A stretch of 64,000 bases of DNA. Origin: Euglena gracilis (taxonomy: Eukaryota). The notes beneath the pieces are model-generated. The model ran no database searches. It was not told the DNA's origin and saw only the letters and a list, made by a program, of their open reading frames with translations. A program made the position numbers and the translations under genes. The stretch's first letter is position 1, and each line of letters begins with the position of its first letter. Positions 61,604 through 64,000 of the stretch are shown piece after piece. The DNA lies in contig CP154954.1 of assembly GCA_039621445.1 (NCBI GenBank), forward strand, positions 26,362,954 to 26,426,953. Reading direction: 5' to 3'.

Positions 61604-61646
61604 CCGTCCGTCCGTCCGTCCGTCCGTCCGTCCGTCCGTCCGTCCG
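61604..61646 (+). repeat. (CCGT)n microsatellite
   Basis: Direct reading. Confidence 0.9.
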
Positions 61647-61659
61647 CACAGCTCCATTT

Positions 61660-63276
61660 CTCGCCTCATTCATCCACCGGCAGGGGCGATGACATCCTCA
61701 CCGTTGGAGACGTCGAATGCAATCCGGGCCCCAGTAGTGCCAAACGACCCCCTGAGGACCTCTCACGCCGAGTACCACGCGAGGATTTTATGCTGGACCC
61801 CCCGTGGTTCCAGGTCGTAGTCCGGGCCCTTTCGCCTCACAACCCGCCCACCATCGACGCCTTCGCTGACCAGAACAACACACAGCTAGCCCACTTTTGG
61901 TCACAAAGGGAGGACGCCTTCCTCCAGAACTGGAACCTGCCGAACCCAATATGGTGCAACCCGCCTTTTTCCTTGCTCCCTCGTGTTCTTGAGCACGTCC
62001 TCCGCTATGGGGGCAACATCATCCTCCTCGCACCGGACTGGTCCAAGGTGCTGGCTGCCCTTCAGAGCATCTCCTCGGGCAGCATGACCCTGCCACGGTG
62101 CCCTATCTACCGGCACTGCTCCCGGCCCCGGTCTGGGCAACTGTAGCCCTGCGGATACACCACCCAGGCCACCCTCCACTGAGCAGTGCCCCGGGGCCAG
62201 TGAGGCCCGTCTCCCGCGCAAGCTACTCGGAGCGTCCGCCTCGTGCCTCGTACACACCATATCCGCTCGCGCCACTTCTCTCCCTGGGGCAGCACCGCCT
62301 CATCAGCAAGCGAACCGCCTTACACGGCGGCGAAACATTCCACCTGGGGGACTACGCGGGCCGGACTTTCCTGATCTACCACGACGCCCTCTGGGACATC
62401 CGGGGTACCTCCCCCCACTGGTGCCAATGCTGTGGACTGTGGCAATGGCCATGGGACTGTCCCACGCTACTTCCCCAACACTTTGCCGCACCCAAAACAC
62501 CACTTCTCCGGCCTGCCTTCCGGCTGAACCCCACCCCACACTCCTTCCTTGACGCCGTACAAGCACCACCAGCTGAGACAGCGCCGGCTCATCCGTCACC
62601 AAAAAACGACCGTCGTAGTCCGTCACTAGGCGGTGCCTACACCTTGGGGACCAACCGTGGACGGGGTAGCCTCCTCACCTGTGGGGATGTGGAGGGGAAC
62701 CCTGGGCCAGCCAAGCGCCCAGCACCGCCATCCCCCCGCGGAGCGCCAACCGAAACTGAGGCCAGAGAACATGACAACCTTTTCCTGGACCTCGCTCACC
62801 CGGAACGTGACGCGGCGATGGTCATCGACGGCGCCAGCCAGGAGTCCAATCTCCGAGGACAGCATGCGCACAGTCTGGTGGTTGGCGCTCCCCCCTGCGA
62901 CATAACCCACCTTCTCCAACAGAGAATTCCGACCCTCCTCCACCTGCCCTCGGCCTGCCAACAACCTGTCTTTGACACCATGGCAGACGCCATTACGGCA
63001 TATGTACGAGCACCCACGGACGCGGCATTGTTCGCCGTGCTCTCCTTCCCCAAGCTTGTCCTCCGCCCTGCATCAACAACCAAACCACCGCCACCAGCAG
63101 AACTGGAGTCCATCCTGCTGCGACGCGCCAGACTATTCCGCGAAGGGGATTACGCTACCCTGCTGACAGAGGCCCAAAAGGACACCCAGACACGACACTC
63201 CATTGGGGAAACCAGGGCAGAAAAACGCTCCAGGACACAGCCCACCGCCCTCAGTGAAGCAATGACGAGACGCGTA
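61660..63276 (+). mobile_element. Family A internal segment, copy 3 (2A-2, MTase, 2A-3, pre-RT region)
   Basis: Colinear with 45276-46901. It ends at TA followed by CCTCCCCCC, the terminus type of the local TA-MITEs. Confidence 0.92.
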
Positions 63277-64000
63277 CCTCCCCCCATGGAATCTCGACTG
63301 GCATGAATGTCGACAAGTAATTTCTCGGCCAATAAAATGCCGACAGCCGGCTCCGGTCGAACAGACTTTTGTCGAAGGTTGGTTTTTGGCATGAGTTTCC
63401 CCATAGGTCGCCGCGCTGCTTCCCGCCAGTAAATATGTAACTTACCTGTCCCGACGAGGCTTCTTTTTAAGGTGCAGAGTCTCCCGGGGGGTGGGTCCGG
63501 GCCGGACCCCCCCCCCCGGGGGTGTTCCCCCCGTGACCCACCCGTGACCCCCCCCGTGACCCCCCCGTGACCCGAACAAGGACCCTTTTCGGCGAAATTT
63601 TGTAGGGAAAATTTTTGGCCGGTGATGCCCAATTTGATAAAATTCTCATGCAGATTCCTAATTTTGAGGTGTAAAATTTGCAAATTTGGGCTTGGTGATT
63701 CCTAATTTTGTGTCAAATTCCTAATTTCAGGTGTGGAGATTCCTAATTTGTGGAATTTTTCCACAAAAATTCCGGCTCGGTGATTCCTAATTTTGCCACC
63801 AAAAATGTGGTGTTCCCCCCGTGTCCCCCCCCCGTGACCCCCCCGTGACCCTCCCCGTGACCCGAACCACCCCCCCCCCGGGCGCCGGAGGCGCTGGGTA
63901 TACCTTTTCCGCGCGAAGCGCCGAAAAATTTTGGAAATTGCCTTTAATGGGCCCATTTTTGGGGGGTCCCCGCCCCCCGGGGGGGGTCCAGCCACCCTGC

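Overview
Eukaryotic, transposon-dense DNA, almost certainly from a euglenid: two exact or near-exact copies of the Euglena-type spliced leader ACTTTCTGAGTGTCTATTTTTTTTCG are present. From left to right: (i) a cluster of three decayed DIRS-type tyrosine-recombinase retrotransposons (RT, RNase H, adenine-MTase, YR) at 1-10 kb; (ii) a MITE and microsatellite matrix at 11-43 kb containing host exons (a CCCH zinc-finger gene; one GT-AG exon pair) and a fragmented RT-RNaseH-CCHC LINE; (iii) two families of CRE-like (RLE-type) non-LTR retrotransposons at 44-63 kb. The most striking system is in (iii). These elements begin with the spliced leader (inside the target-site duplication in family B), end in a shared 53-nt double hairpin with no poly(A), and encode one polyprotein divided by 2A ribosome-skipping motifs. 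Family A has three 2A motifs, one nearly identical to T2A, which would release a Q-rich protein, a zinc-finger protein, a Dam-like N6-adenine methyltransferase (NPPF) and the RT-endonuclease. Family B has one 2A and a repeat-rich N-terminal cargo. A second notable signal is a non-GT-AG intron in the CCCH gene that keeps the termini and 8-bp TSD of a CAGG-ended MITE, suggesting a route from hAT MITEs to euglenid non-conventional introns. All calls come from motif reading and manual alignment only; no searches were run.
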